Shown: piece after piece, positions 27,979 through 38,060 of the stretch
How positions within the stretch are numbered: the first letter of the stretch is position 1
Layout of the letters: each line of letters opens with the position of its first letter
Source of the DNA: Halorarum halobium
GTDB lineage: Archaea > Halobacteriota > Halobacteria > Halobacteriales > Haloferacaceae
Reading direction: 5' to 3'
Assembly: GCF_032116555.1 (NCBI RefSeq)
Contig: NZ_CP134949.1
Location: 1,116,001 to 1,180,000, forward strand
DNA length: 64,000 nt
The notes under the pieces: model-generated
The model's database searches: none
Seen by the model: only the letters and a program-made list of their open reading frames with translations
What the model was told of the DNA's origin: nothing
Program-made: the position numbers and the translations under genes

Positions 27979-28827
27979 GTGCAGGTCGTGGGGTACGAAA
28001 CGCCGGCGGGCGCGCTGTTTCTCAGCGACCGCGACGCGACCACCGCCGGTCGGGCGGGCGGGAACGACACGACCGACGGCGCGGGCGCGGCCGATGCGGA
28101 CCGGCCCGATGCGGACCGGGACGATTCGGACGACGGCTCGATCGATCGCGTCGCGCTCGACCCGGGGACGGAGCTCTCGTGGTCGCTGGGGGAGCGCCAC
28201 TGTGCCGGCACGCTCCACGAGGGCGGCCACGTCCCCTGCGGGGCGGAGTCGGCACCGTACTGTCGGGACCACCGGTCGACGTGGGTGTGTGCCCGCTGTA
28301 CGGGAACGTGCCTGAAGGACGAGATGGACTGTTTCGACGATCACGCCGTCTACCTGGCCGCGTTCGCGCCCGACGTGTTCAAGGTCGGCGTGACGAAGGA
28401 GTGGCGGCTGGAGACGCGCTTGCGGGAGCAGGGTGCCGACCGGGCCGCACACCTCCGGACGGTCGAGAACGGCCGGATCGCCCGCGAGATCGAATCCGGG
28501 CTGGCCGAGGAGATCCCCGACCGGGTCCGCGTCCCGACCAAGATCGACGGCCTCGCTGACGAGGTCGACCCGGCCGCCTGGGAGGCGGTCCTCGACGGGT
28601 TCGACCCGATCGAGACGTACTCGTTCGAGTACGGCTTCTCGCTTCCCGAGCGTCCGGTCCCCGAGACGCTGGCCTCGGGAACGGTCGTCGGGACGAAGGG
28701 CCGGGTGCTGGTGCTCGAAAACGCAGGGAGCACCTACGCCGTCGACATGCGTGACCTCGTGGGCTACGAACTCGAGGTCGGCGAGTCGGACCGACAGCTC
28801 CAGTCCAGTCTCGGCGCGTTCGGCTGA
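27979..28827 (+). CDS. DUF2797-like zinc-binding protein
   Basis: GTG start VQVVGY; RHCAG, PYCRDH, CARCTGTCLK, VYLAAF, FKVGVT, RLREQGA. Confidence 0.75.
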   Translation: MQVVGYETPAGALFLSDRDATTAGRAGGNDTTDGAGAADADRPDADRDDSDDGSIDRVALDPGTELSWSLGERHCAGTLHEGGHVPCGAESAPYCRDHRSTWVCARCTGTCLKDEMDCFDDHAVYLAAFAPDVFKVGVTKEWRLETRLREQGADRAAHLRTVENGRIAREIESGLAEEIPDRVRVPTKIDGLADEVDPAAWEAVLDGFDPIETYSFEYGFSLPERPVPETLASGTVVGTKGRVLVLENAGSTYAVDMRDLVGYELEVGESDRQLQSSLGAFG

Positions 28828-28831
28828 GTCC

Positions 28832-28897
28832 CGACCGACGGGTTTCGGCTGCGACCGACGGGCTCCGGCTACGACAGACGGGTTCCGGCTACGACCG
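28832..28897 (+). repeat. 20-bp tandem repeat, about 3.3 units
   Basis: CGACCGACGGGTTTCGGCTG / CGACCGACGGGCTCCGGCTA / CGACAGACGGGTTCCGGCTA / CGACCG. Confidence 0.8.
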
Positions 28898-28947
28898 GCC
28901 GGGTCGGTTCCACGACAATTTAGGACGCTACGGCTCGGAGCGGGGGT

Positions 28948-29334
28948 ATGCACCTCGACCACGTCGGCGTCGCCACCGACGACGCCGCCGCGCTTGCCGG
29001 GCTGTTCACCGACCTCCTCGACGCCGGCGTCGCCCACGAGGAGGAGTTCGACGGGATGGGCGTCGTCTTCATCGAAACCGACGGCTCGTACCTCGAACTG
29101 CTCGAACCGCTCGAGGCCGAGGGCGCCATCGCGCGATACCTCGACCGCAACGGCCCGGGCATCCACCACCTGGCGTTCGAGACCGACGACGTCGCGGCCG
29201 CGCTGGACCGCGCGCGCGACCTCGACCTCGATCTCATTGACGAGGAGCCGCGGCCAGGGGCGTGGGGCCACGAGGTCGCGTTCCTCCATCCGGCGTCCAC
29301 GGGGGGCGTGCTCGTCGAGTTCGTCGAGCACTGA
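28948..29334 (+). CDS. mce: Methylmalonyl-CoA epimerase
   Basis: LDHVGVA, LELLEP, GPGIHHLAF, FLHPASTGGVLVEFVE. Confidence 0.9.
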   Translation: MHLDHVGVATDDAAALAGLFTDLLDAGVAHEEEFDGMGVVFIETDGSYLELLEPLEAEGAIARYLDRNGPGIHHLAFETDDVAAALDRARDLDLDLIDEEPRPGAWGHEVAFLHPASTGGVLVEFVEH

Positions 29335-29436
29335 GCCGGCGGAGGTGGCGGTCGGCCGCCGGATCGTCCGTTTCCACGCGATCCCGACCGGGACCGAGGC
29401 GGAAGAGTAGTAAGGCCCCCGACCACGAGCCTGGGT

Positions 29437-31074
29437 ATGCGCGACTGGCTCGCCCATCGTGTCGCCGCCTCGCCGGACGCCGAGGCGCTCGTGTCGGCCG
29501 CGACCGGGCGGACCTGGAGCTTCGAGCAGCTCGACGCGGCCGCGGACGAGATGGTCGGTCGGCTCGCGGGCCTGGGGGCCGAACCGGGCGATCACCTCGC
29601 GGTCGTGATGGAGCCCCGGACCGAGTACGTCACGCTGGTCCACGCCGCGATGCGGCTCGGGTTGCGACTCGTCCCCGTCGGCCACCGGCTGACCGCCGCG
29701 GAACTCCGGCCGCGACTGGACACGGCGGCGGCGACGATGGTCGTCTGTAGCGCCGACACCGAGCCGGCGGTCGTCGGGGCGACCGACGGGGAGGACGAAG
29801 CCGAGGGCTCCACGGCCGGGAGCGACCGCGCGGTCCCGGTCGTCTCGCTGGACGAATCCGAAACCGACGGCGTCGTCCGGCTCAGGGACGCGACGTCGGA
29901 GCCGGCGCCGGGGGCCGCCTGGTCCATGGACGATCCGCTGTTGATGCTGTTCACGTCGGGGACGACGGGCGAGCCGAAGCTGGTCGTGCTCACGGCGGGC
30001 AACGTGTTCGCGTCGGCCGTCGCCTCGGCGTTCCGGCTCGGCGTCTCCCCGGACGACCGCTACATGGCCGCGCTCTCGTTTCACCACACCGGCGGCCTCA
30101 TGCCGCTCTACCGGGCCGTCCTCTCCGGCACGAGCGTCGTCCTCCGGACCGAGTTCGACGCCGGCGGCGTCGCCGACGACGTCCGCGAGTACGACGTGAC
30201 CGGCATCTCGCTCGTGCCGACGATGCTCCGACGGATGCTGGACGCGCGCGGGACGCTGGCGGACTCGCTCCGGTGTGTCCTGCTCGGCGGCGCGCCCGCC
30301 TCCGCCGACCTCGTCGGTCGCTGCCGACACTACTCGGTCCCGGTCCACCCGACGTACGGGATGACCGAGACGGCATCCGGGATCACCGTCGCCAGACCGG
30401 CCGAGACGACCGACCGCCCCGAGACGGTCGGCCGGCCGCTGTTTCGGACGGACCTCACGGTCGTCGACGGCGACGGCGAGGAGCTCCCGCCGGGCGAAGT
30501 CGGCGAGTTCGTCGTCGACGGGCCCACCGTCTCGCCGGGCTACTACGGCGACCCCGACGCGACCGCCTCCTCGTTCGAGGACGGCGCGCTCCACACCGGC
30601 GACGCCGGCTACCGCGACGAGGATGGCTACTGCTACGTGTTGAACCGGCTGGACGACCGCATCATCACCGGCGGCGAGAACGTCGACCCCGGCGAGGTCG
30701 TCGCCGCGCTCCGGGAGCACCCGGCCGTGCAGGACGCGGCGGTCGTCGGCCTGCCGGACGAGGAGTGGGGCGAACGCGTCGCGGCGGCCGTGGTGTCGGC
30801 CGACCCGGACCTCGACGCCGACACGGTGCGGGCGTTCTGCCGGAAACGGCTCGCCGACTTCAAGCGGCCCCGGACCGTGGCGCTGGTCCCGGAACTCCGG
30901 CGGACCGACACGGGGACCGTCGACCGGTCGGCGGTCGCCGACCTGCTCGCCGACGCCGTCGGGACGACCGACGCGGCCGACGGGGACGGCGACGGCGGCG
31001 ACGCGGACGCCGACGAGCATCGGGACAGGGATGGGGACGGCGACAGCGACGAACGTGGCGACACCGACGAGTGA
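29437..31074 (+). CDS. menE: o-succinylbenzoate--CoA ligase-like adenylate-forming enzyme
   Basis: MRDWLAHR, FTSGTTGEPK, PTYGMTET, LHTGDAG, IITGGENV. Confidence 0.75.
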   Translation: MRDWLAHRVAASPDAEALVSAATGRTWSFEQLDAAADEMVGRLAGLGAEPGDHLAVVMEPRTEYVTLVHAAMRLGLRLVPVGHRLTAAELRPRLDTAAATMVVCSADTEPAVVGATDGEDEAEGSTAGSDRAVPVVSLDESETDGVVRLRDATSEPAPGAAWSMDDPLLMLFTSGTTGEPKLVVLTAGNVFASAVASAFRLGVSPDDRYMAALSFHHTGGLMPLYRAVLSGTSVVLRTEFDAGGVADDVREYDVTGISLVPTMLRRMLDARGTLADSLRCVLLGGAPASADLVGRCRHYSVPVHPTYGMTETASGITVARPAETTDRPETVGRPLFRTDLTVVDGDGEELPPGEVGEFVVDGPTVSPGYYGDPDATASSFEDGALHTGDAGYRDEDGYCYVLNRLDDRIITGGENVDPGEVVAALREHPAVQDAAVVGLPDEEWGERVAAAVVSADPDLDADTVRAFCRKRLADFKRPRTVALVPELRRTDTGTVDRSAVADLLADAVGTTDAADGDGDGGDADADEHRDRDGDGDSDERGDTDE

Positions 31075-31143
31075 CCCGATAAACCCCGTTCCCCCGGTTC
31101 GCCGTTCCACGAGGGTTATGGTTCGGGCGGCCGACGTTCGGCC

Positions 31144-32301
31144 ATGAGCGCAGACCTCGACCTGCTCGATGAAACCGTCGTGCCCGCCGACGCCCGCGAG
31201 GTGAAACGCGAGGCCGCCGCGTTCGCGGCCGAGCACATCGAACCCGTCGCTGAGGACTACTTCCGCGAGGGGACCTACCCGTGGGACGTGCTGGAGGCGG
31301 GCCAGAACGCCGGTCTCGTGGGTCAGGACATCCCCGAGGAGTACGGCGGGCGGGGCTTCTCCCTGTCCGAGATGCTCGCGGTCGCGGAGGAGTTCTACCG
31401 AGCGGACGCCGGCATCGGCCTGACGCTGATGCTCGCCTCGTTCGGCAACGAACTCGTCTACGAGTACGGCAGCGAACGGCAGCGGGAGGAGTACGTCCGC
31501 CCGGTCGCCGAGGGCGAACAGATCTCCGGACTCGCGGTCTCGGAGCCCCAGACCGGTTCGGACCTCGCCGGCATGACCACCAGCGCCGAGGAGGTCGAGG
31601 GCGGCTACGAACTCACCGGCGAGAAGTACTGGGTCGGCAACGCCGTCGAGGGCGACTGGCTCACCCTCTACGCGAAGACCGGGGACAGGGAGGACCGCTA
31701 CGGCAACTACTCGCTGTTCATCGTCGAGACCGACCGCGACGGCTACGAGGCCGAGCACATCCCCGAGAAGATGGGGATGCGCGCCTCCAAGCAGGGCCAC
31801 ATCGTCCTCGAGGACTGCTTCGTCCCCGAGGAGAACCTGATCGGCGCGGAGGGGGGCGGCTTCTACGCGCTGGCGGACTTTTTCAATCACGGCCGGATCG
31901 TCGTCGGCGGGCACGGCCTCGGCCTCGCCGCGGCGGCCATCGAGGAGGCTTGGTCGTTCGTTCACGACCGCGAAGCGTTCGCCCGGAAAATTTCGGAGTT
32001 CCAGTCGGTCCAGCACGACCTCGCGGACATGCGGACCGAGTTCGAGGCCGCGCGGTCGCTCAACTACCGCGCCGCCGAGAAGGTGGAAACGGGCGAGGAC
32101 GCCGGCCTCTGGGCCGCGATGGCGAAGCTGAAGTCGACCGAAACCGCCGTCGACTGCGCCGAGCGCGGAATGCAACTCCACGGCGGCCGGTCCGTGCTCA
32201 CGGATCGCCGCATCGCCCGCGTCTACCGGGACGTCCGCATCCCGGTCATCTACGAGGGCGCGAACGAGGTCCAGCGCAACCTGGTGTACCGCCAGTCGTA
32301 G
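31144..32301 (+). CDS. Acyl-CoA dehydrogenase
   Basis: SEPQTGSD, GEKYWVGN, KMGMRAS, QLHGG, IYEGANEVQR. Confidence 0.93.
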   Translation: MSADLDLLDETVVPADAREVKREAAAFAAEHIEPVAEDYFREGTYPWDVLEAGQNAGLVGQDIPEEYGGRGFSLSEMLAVAEEFYRADAGIGLTLMLASFGNELVYEYGSERQREEYVRPVAEGEQISGLAVSEPQTGSDLAGMTTSAEEVEGGYELTGEKYWVGNAVEGDWLTLYAKTGDREDRYGNYSLFIVETDRDGYEAEHIPEKMGMRASKQGHIVLEDCFVPEENLIGAEGGGFYALADFFNHGRIVVGGHGLGLAAAAIEEAWSFVHDREAFARKISEFQSVQHDLADMRTEFEAARSLNYRAAEKVETGEDAGLWAAMAKLKSTETAVDCAERGMQLHGGRSVLTDRRIARVYRDVRIPVIYEGANEVQRNLVYRQS

Positions 32302-32561
32302 GCGGTCGGCGGCCTCACGACGACTCCCGTCGTCCGGGCCGGGACGGCAGGCGTGAGGTGATCGAACTGATAACTGCAGGGCTCCACGGGAGGCGATCGG
32401 GGCACGCGCCACGTGAAATCCGCCGAACCGGAACCGGGCGACAGAAGCTTCAAGTCGGGCTTCCAATCGGGTCACCACCGACGCTGGTGTCCGCCACGAG
32501 GGAGCGAACCGAAACCCGTTCCCGAACCGCTCCGGAAAAATCAACCGTGATATAGGGGACG

Positions 32562-32570
32562 TTTATATTA
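32562..32570 (+). promoter_or_regulatory. TATA box for the membrane protein/transducer operon
   Basis: TTTATATTA about 27-35 nt upstream of ATG 32597 in a very GC-rich background. Confidence 0.65.
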
Positions 32571-32596
32571 AAGCGTAGAGCACACGCTGCGCGTTC

Positions 32597-32938
32597 ATGG
32601 CAATCGACCTGGCTGCACTGGATGCGAAAGAACTGGTCCTCGTGATCGTCGCCCTGCTGGGGCTGATACCCGTACTCACGCAGCGAACGGAGGGTTCGCG
32701 CCTGTTCGCGTTCGGCTACGTGTTCCTCTTTTTTGGAGCCGTGTTCACGAACCTCGAACACCTCGTCCTTCCGGGGATTCTCGGGCTGCTGGAACACGTC
32801 GTCGGGATGGCGTTCGCGGGCGTCCTGTTCCTGTACGCGGCGTACAGCCGCCGTCAGCTCATCCTGAACGGGGGCGAACTCGGCGAGGTCGAGGACGACG
32901 CGGAAGCCGGGGCCGGCGAGTCCGGGGAGGCGGTCTGA
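32597..32938 (+). CDS. Small 3-TM membrane protein coupled to a transducer
   Basis: Three hydrophobic segments, NLEH and LLEH motifs; its stop codon directly abuts the transducer ATG. Confidence 0.8.
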   Translation: MAIDLAALDAKELVLVIVALLGLIPVLTQRTEGSRLFAFGYVFLFFGAVFTNLEHLVLPGILGLLEHVVGMAFAGVLFLYAAYSRRQLILNGGELGEVEDDAEAGAGESGEAV

Positions 32939-34528
32939 ATGGTCTCGCTGACGGCGCTGTTCGACCTGATCGGGTTCCTCGGGTTCGGCGGCGGGGTCAT
33001 CATCGCGGCCCTGAACTACCGTGACGCGGAGGTCGAGTCCGGCTTCTGGGCGAACTACCTGCTCGCCACCGCGTTCGGAACCGTCTGGACGGGCGTCGTC
33101 CTCGCGGAGCATCTGGGCGTCCAGTTGCCCGTCCTCGACACGCTGAGCGTCTCGCTGCTCACCGGCACCGTGGTCGCGTTCGCGGTCGGGACCTCGGGGA
33201 CGCTGGCGGTCGTGAACGACTCGAAGGACGCGCGCAGCCAGGCGATCACCGAACAGGAGCGCGCCGAGGAGGCGAGGCGGGAGGCCGAGACCGCGCGCCA
33301 GGAGGCCGAACGGACGAAGGAGCAGACCGAGGCGCTGAATAGCCACCTCGAGGAGAAGGCCGAGTCGTTCAGCGAGACGATGCGGGCCGCCGCAGACGGA
33401 CAGCTCACGGTGCGGCTCGACCCCGAGAGCCGGAGCGAGGCGCTCTCGGAGATCGGGCAGTCGTTCAACCTGATGATGGACGACATCGAGTCGGTCATCG
33501 CGCAGGCCGAGGACGTGGCAGAGCGCGTCGACGAGGCCAGCGGGGAGGTCGCCACCGGGGCCGAACAGATCCAGAACGTGAGCCAGTCGGTCAGCGAGGA
33601 CATCGAGGAGGTGTCCGACGAGACGGAACGGCAGGGCGAGCGCCTGCGCGAGGCCGCCAGCGAGATGAGCCAGCTCTCGGCGACGATCGAGGAGGTCGCC
33701 TCCTCGGCGGACGAGGTCGCCGACGTCTCGCGTCGCGCCGCCGAGCGCGGCGAGGAGGGCGGCGAGCACGCCACGGCCGCCATCACGGAGATGGACAGCG
33801 TCGAACGCCGGTCCGACCAGGCCGTCCAGCAGGTCGAGGCGCTCGAGAGCGAGGTCGACGAGATCAGCGACATCGTCGAGGTGATCACCGGGATCGCCGA
33901 GGAGACGAACCTGCTCGCGCTGAACGCCTCGATCGAGGCCGCCCGCGCGGACGCCTCGGGCGACGGGTTCGCGGTCGTCGCCGATGAGATCAAGTCGCTC
34001 GCCGGCGAGGCGAGCGTCGCGGCCGCGGACATCGAGGCGCTGGTCGAGGACATCCAGTCGGCCACCGAGGACGCGGCGACGAACATGCGCGAGACCGGGA
34101 CGCAGGTGAACGATGGCCGCAAGACGGTCGACGAGGCGCTGGAGGCGCTGGAGGCCGTCGGCGAGGGCATCGACCGGGCGAACGACGGGGTCCAGGAGAT
34201 CAACCGCGCCACCGACCAGCAGGCGGCCTCGACCGAGGAGGCGGTCACGATGGTCGAGGAGGCCGCCGAGGCGGGCGGCGAGGCGGCCAGGACGGCCGAC
34301 GAGGTGGCCGCCGCCGCGGAGGAGGCGGCGTCCTCGACCGCCCAGATCTCCGACCGTGCGACCAGACTCTCGACGTTCGCCGAGGACCTCACCGAGGCGC
34401 TCGACGGCTTCGAGGTCGACGCGGCGGCCGACGGTCCCACGCCGCGGGACCCCGCTGACGCCGGGCAGCAGGCCGCGGCCGACGGCGGGCGGATGACCGA
34501 CGGCGGCCGGACGGTCGAGAACGAGTAG
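32939..34528 (+). CDS. Methyl-accepting chemotaxis transducer (Htr family)
   Basis: About 3 N-terminal TM helices, HAMP ([10 protein letters not shown]...FNLMMD), MCP signalling tip [19 protein letters not shown]...[13 protein letters not shown]. Confidence 0.95.
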   Translation: MVSLTALFDLIGFLGFGGGVIIAALNYRDAEVESGFWANYLLATAFGTVWTGVVLAEHLGVQLPVLDTLSVSLLTGTVVAFAVGTSGTLAVVNDSKDARSQAITEQERAEEARREAETARQEAERTKEQTEALNSHLEEKAESFSETMRAAADGQLTVRLDPESRSEALSEIGQSFNLMMDDIESVIAQAEDVAERVDEASGEVATGAEQIQNVSQSVSEDIEEVSDETERQGERLREAASEMSQLSATIEEVASSADEVADVSRRAAERGEEGGEHATAAITEMDSVERRSDQAVQQVEALESEVDEISDIVEVITGIAEETNLLALNASIEAARADASGDGFAVVADEIKSLAGEASVAAADIEALVEDIQSATEDAATNMRETGTQVNDGRKTVDEALEALEAVGEGIDRANDGVQEINRATDQQAASTEEAVTMVEEAAEAGGEAARTADEVAAAAEEAASSTAQISDRATRLSTFAEDLTEALDGFEVDAAADGPTPRDPADAGQQAAADGGRMTDGGRTVENE

Positions 34529-34651
34529 ACGGTCGATCGAACGCAGCCGGTCGAGAGCGAACGGGTGACCGGCGGCACGACGCCCTCACCCGCGTCACTC
34601 CGTTCCGTTTTTCACCATCCTCTTCCCGGCGAATCGCCACGGGGACGGACG

Positions 34652-36001
34652 TCACTCCGCGCTGGTCGCCACGCCGGTCCGCTCGCCGTTCGCCTCGGGG
34701 GAGACCGACCGCTCTAGCCCCAGCAGCGCGAGAACCAGCAGGAGACAGACGGCGACGAGGATCGCCCACCAGAGCCCCGAGTAGCCGTGATCGAAGAACA
34801 CGCCGCCGAGGAACGCGCCAAGCCCCATGCCGACCCGCTTTGCGATCTCCAGCACCGAGAGATGGGTCCCGCGCTCGTCGGCCGTCCCGAGCGAGGACAT
34901 CAGCGAGGAGGCGAGCGGCGAGTGGAGGATCTCCCCGACGGTCCGGACGACGAGGTGGCCGCCGACGAGCGCGACGCCGACGGCCACGGGCGCGAGCCCC
35001 ACGTCGCCGGCCCAGGCGAACAGCATCGAGAGCCCCCAGAGCCCGGCCGAGAGCGCCAGCCCGCGGGTCCGACGCCAGCCGGAGATCGCGTCAACGAGCG
35101 GGATCTGCAACAGCGCGATCGTCAGGGGGTTCAGAACGAACAGCGTGCCCAGCTGTGCGGAACTCAGCCCGAGTCCCTCCTTCGCCACGACCGGGATCGT
35201 CGTCCGCATCTGGGCGTACATCGCCGCGAACCCGACGTTGATCGCCGCGAGCGCGAGCACCCGGCGGCGGGTCGCGCCGGCCCACCACCGCGAGAGCGCC
35301 GAGTCGGCGGTCGACGCGGTGGTCTCCCCGGCGGTGGCTCCGGAGCCGGCATCGTCGGTCCTCGTCCCGTGGAGGCGGGGCACGAACAGCAGCAGGACGA
35401 GCGCGACGATCGCCGACGTGACGCCGTCGAACAGGAACACCGCGACGCTGGCGACCGAGTAGACCAGCCCGCCCACGACCAGCCCCGCGCCGAAGCCGAG
35501 GTTGTTCGTGAACTTCAACAGCGCGTAGCCGCGGTCGCGGTCCGCGTCGGCGGTCAGGTCGGCGGTCATCGCCGACGCCGCCGGGGTGTACAAGCCAACG
35601 ACCAGCCCGGCGGCCACGCAGACGACGACGAAGCCGACGCCGAGCCGCGACACGCCGGCGACGGCGGCGACCGACGGCGGGACGGCGGCCGCGACCGTCG
35701 GGACGAACGCGAACGCCGCGAGCGCGAGGGCCGTCAGCGCCATCGACGCGACCATCACGGGTTTCCGTCCGACGCCGTCCGCGAGAAAGCCCCCGACCCC
35801 GGTGCCGACCGCCGTGGCGACGCTCTTCGCGCCGAACCCGAACCCGACGACCGAGAGAGCGATGCCGACCTCCAGGTGGAAGTGGACGGTGGCGAACGGG
35901 TAGACGAGCCCGGAGCCGAACACGTTGATGAGCTGGCCGAGCGCGACGACGTAGACGGCGCGGTCGAAGCCGCGGACGGCGTCGATCGACGGGCGCTTCA
36001 C
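34652..36001 (-). CDS. MFS transporter
   Basis: About 12 TM segments; motif A GGFLADGVGRKPVM. Confidence 0.9.
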   Translation of the reverse strand: MKRPSIDAVRGFDRAVYVVALGQLINVFGSGLVYPFATVHFHLEVGIALSVVGFGFGAKSVATAVGTGVGGFLADGVGRKPVMVASMALTALALAAFAFVPTVAAAVPPSVAAVAGVSRLGVGFVVVCVAAGLVVGLYTPAASAMTADLTADADRDRGYALLKFTNNLGFGAGLVVGGLVYSVASVAVFLFDGVTSAIVALVLLLFVPRLHGTRTDDAGSGATAGETTASTADSALSRWWAGATRRRVLALAAINVGFAAMYAQMRTTIPVVAKEGLGLSSAQLGTLFVLNPLTIALLQIPLVDAISGWRRTRGLALSAGLWGLSMLFAWAGDVGLAPVAVGVALVGGHLVVRTVGEILHSPLASSLMSSLGTADERGTHLSVLEIAKRVGMGLGAFLGGVFFDHGYSGLWWAILVAVCLLLVLALLGLERSVSPEANGERTGVATSAE

Positions 36002-36123
36002 GCCGGCGGGTTCGTGGAGGGGTCACGTGAACGCCCCGCTTCCGGAACGGGCTGCTGCCGTCGGTTCGCCGCCGCCGCCCCGGTGGCTCGCCCGATCTGA
36101 CGTCGTAGCTCCCGATCGGCTCG

Positions 36124-37305
36124 CTACCCCCGGAGCGCTTCCACCGGGCGCTCGCGGGCGGCCTTCCAGGCCGGGTAGAGGCCGCCGAGCACGCTCGCCA
36201 CCACGCCGAAGGCGACGCCGGCGGCGACGTACTGGAGCCCCTGAGTCGAGTACGCGAACGGGTCCCCGAGCAGCGCGTCGTTGATGAGCGCGACCGCGCC
36301 GAGCGCGACCGCCGCGCCCAGCAGCGAGCCGCCGATCCCCAGCAACGCCGCCTCGGCGAGCATGATCCGCAGGATGTCGCGCTTCTCGTAGCCGACCGCG
36401 CGGAGCACGCCGATCTCCTCGCGCCGCTCGATGGCCGACATGAGCATGACGTTGGCGATGCTGACGCCGGCGACGACCAGCGAGATCGCGCCGATGCCGA
36501 CGAGGAACAGGTTGATCTGGTTGAGCGCCCGGTCGATCTGCTGGGCGATCTGCCCCCGGTCGAGCACCTGGACCATCTCGCGCCGCCCGTTGAACGCCTC
36601 GCGGATGTCCTCGGCGGTCGCGTTCGCCTCCCTGACGTCGTTCGTCCGGACGACGACCTGCGAGTACGTGTCGCCGTCGAACTGTTCGGGCGGCAGGACG
36701 ACGGCGTCGTTCGGCGCCGCGACGGCGGCCTGCCCCTCGTCCTCCAGCACGGCCGCGACGCGGTAGCTCGACCGGACGGTCGTGGACTCGCCGTCCCGGA
36801 CGACGGTCCGTTCGAGCGTCAGCTTGCTCCCCGGTGCGAGCTCGTAGTCGTCGGCGAACGACCGGCCGACGAGCGCGCCGTTGCGCCAGTTTCCGGGGAT
36901 CGCCCCCTCGTCGACGACGTACAGCGAGCCGGGATCGGCGACGCCGTACACCGTGACGCTCTCGCCCACCTCCCCGCGCTCGACGAGCCGGGCCGATTCC
37001 TGTCTGAGCGGGACGATCTCGGTCGTGCCGACCACGCGGTCGACCGTCGCCACGTCCGCCTGCGTCAGCGCACCCTCGGGGTTGTCCTCGCCCGGGAACA
37101 CCTGTAGGTCCGACCCGATGCCGCCGAGCGCGTCGAGCTGGGCCTCCTGAAACGCGACGCCGCCCGCGCCGATGCCGCCGATGGCGACGACGCCGATGAC
37201 GATGGCGGCGACGGCGAGCGCCGACCGGGTCCGCGCCCGCGAGAGGTTCCGGCGGGCGATGAGGAACGTGGGGAACGCACCCCAGAGTCGCCGGCGGAGG
37301 CTCAC
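36124..37305 (-). CDS. ABC transporter permease (MacB/FtsX family)
   Basis: RNLSRARTRSAL, ISLVVAGVSIANVMLMSAIERREEIGVLRAVG, YPAWKAA. Confidence 0.92.
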   Translation of the reverse strand: MSLRRRLWGAFPTFLIARRNLSRARTRSALAVAAIVIGVVAIGGIGAGGVAFQEAQLDALGGIGSDLQVFPGEDNPEGALTQADVATVDRVVGTTEIVPLRQESARLVERGEVGESVTVYGVADPGSLYVVDEGAIPGNWRNGALVGRSFADDYELAPGSKLTLERTVVRDGESTTVRSSYRVAAVLEDEGQAAVAAPNDAVVLPPEQFDGDTYSQVVVRTNDVREANATAEDIREAFNGRREMVQVLDRGQIAQQIDRALNQINLFLVGIGAISLVVAGVSIANVMLMSAIERREEIGVLRAVGYEKRDILRIMLAEAALLGIGGSLLGAAVALGAVALINDALLGDPFAYSTQGLQYVAAGVAFGVVASVLGGLYPAWKAARERPVEALRG

Positions 37306-38060
37306 CGGCGATCACCCGCGGTCGCCCCGGGGTCCTCGACGATCTCGCCGTCGATGAGGTTCACCGTCCGGTCGGCGAAGGCGGCGACGTAGTCGTCGTG
37401 GGTGACGGTGACGACGGCGACGTCCTCGCCGGTGACGCGCTCGAACTCGGCGAGGATCTGGTCGCCGGTGTCGCGGTCCAGGTTCCCGGTCGGCTCGTCG
37501 GCGAGCACGAGGTCCGGGTCGTTCACGAGCGAGCGAGCGATGGCGACGCGCTGTTTCTGTCCGCCCGAGAGCTCGTCGGGGTAGTGGTCCGCGCGGTCGC
37601 CGAGGCCGACGCGTTCGAGCAGGTCCCGGGCCCGCTCCCGGGTCTTCACCGGCGTGTGTTCGAGCAGGCGCGGCACCTCGACGTTCTCCAGCGCGGTGAG
37701 CGTCGGGATGAGATAGAAGCTCTGGAACACGAAGCCGATGACCTCCTTCCGGTTGCGCGTCCGCTCCCGGTCCGAGAACGTTGCCACGTCCCGGCCGCGC
37801 AGGCGCACCTCGCCGCTCGTCGGCACGTCGAGGAGGCCGAGGACGTTCAACAGCGTCGACTTCCCGCTCCCGGACGGGCCGACGATGGCGACGAACTCGC
37901 CGGGCTCGATCCGGAAGTCGATCCCCTTCAGCGCCCGGACCGTCTCGCCGCCCGTGACGTACTCCTTGACGACGTCGGTTCCCTCGATGATCGGGTCGGT
38001 CCCCGCAGCCGTCGCGTCCCCGCCGCCGGCGACCGCGGAGTCAGCGTCTGGTCCCGACAT
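37302..38060 (-). CDS. ABC transporter ATP-binding protein (LolD/MacB-like)
   Basis: [30 protein letters not shown]. Confidence 0.95.
   Translation of the reverse strand: MSGPDADSAVAGGGDATAAGTDPIIEGTDVVKEYVTGGETVRALKGIDFRIEPGEFVAIVGPSGSGKSTLLNVLGLLDVPTSGEVRLRGRDVATFSDRERTRNRKEVIGFVFQSFYLIPTLTALENVEVPRLLEHTPVKTRERARDLLERVGLGDRADHYPDELSGGQKQRVAIARSLVNDPDLVLADEPTGNLDRDTGDQILAEFERVTGEDVAVVTVTHDDYVAAFADRTVNLIDGEIVEDPGATAGDRR

Noticed and set aside
28832..28897. Possible mini-CRISPR array
   Set aside because: Units are directly adjacent with no unique spacers and there are no cas genes in the window.
27967..32544. 1525-aa minus-strand ORF
   Set aside because: Antisense shadow of four well-supported plus-strand genes; long stop-free antisense frames are expected at this GC and codon bias, and it has no recognisable motifs.
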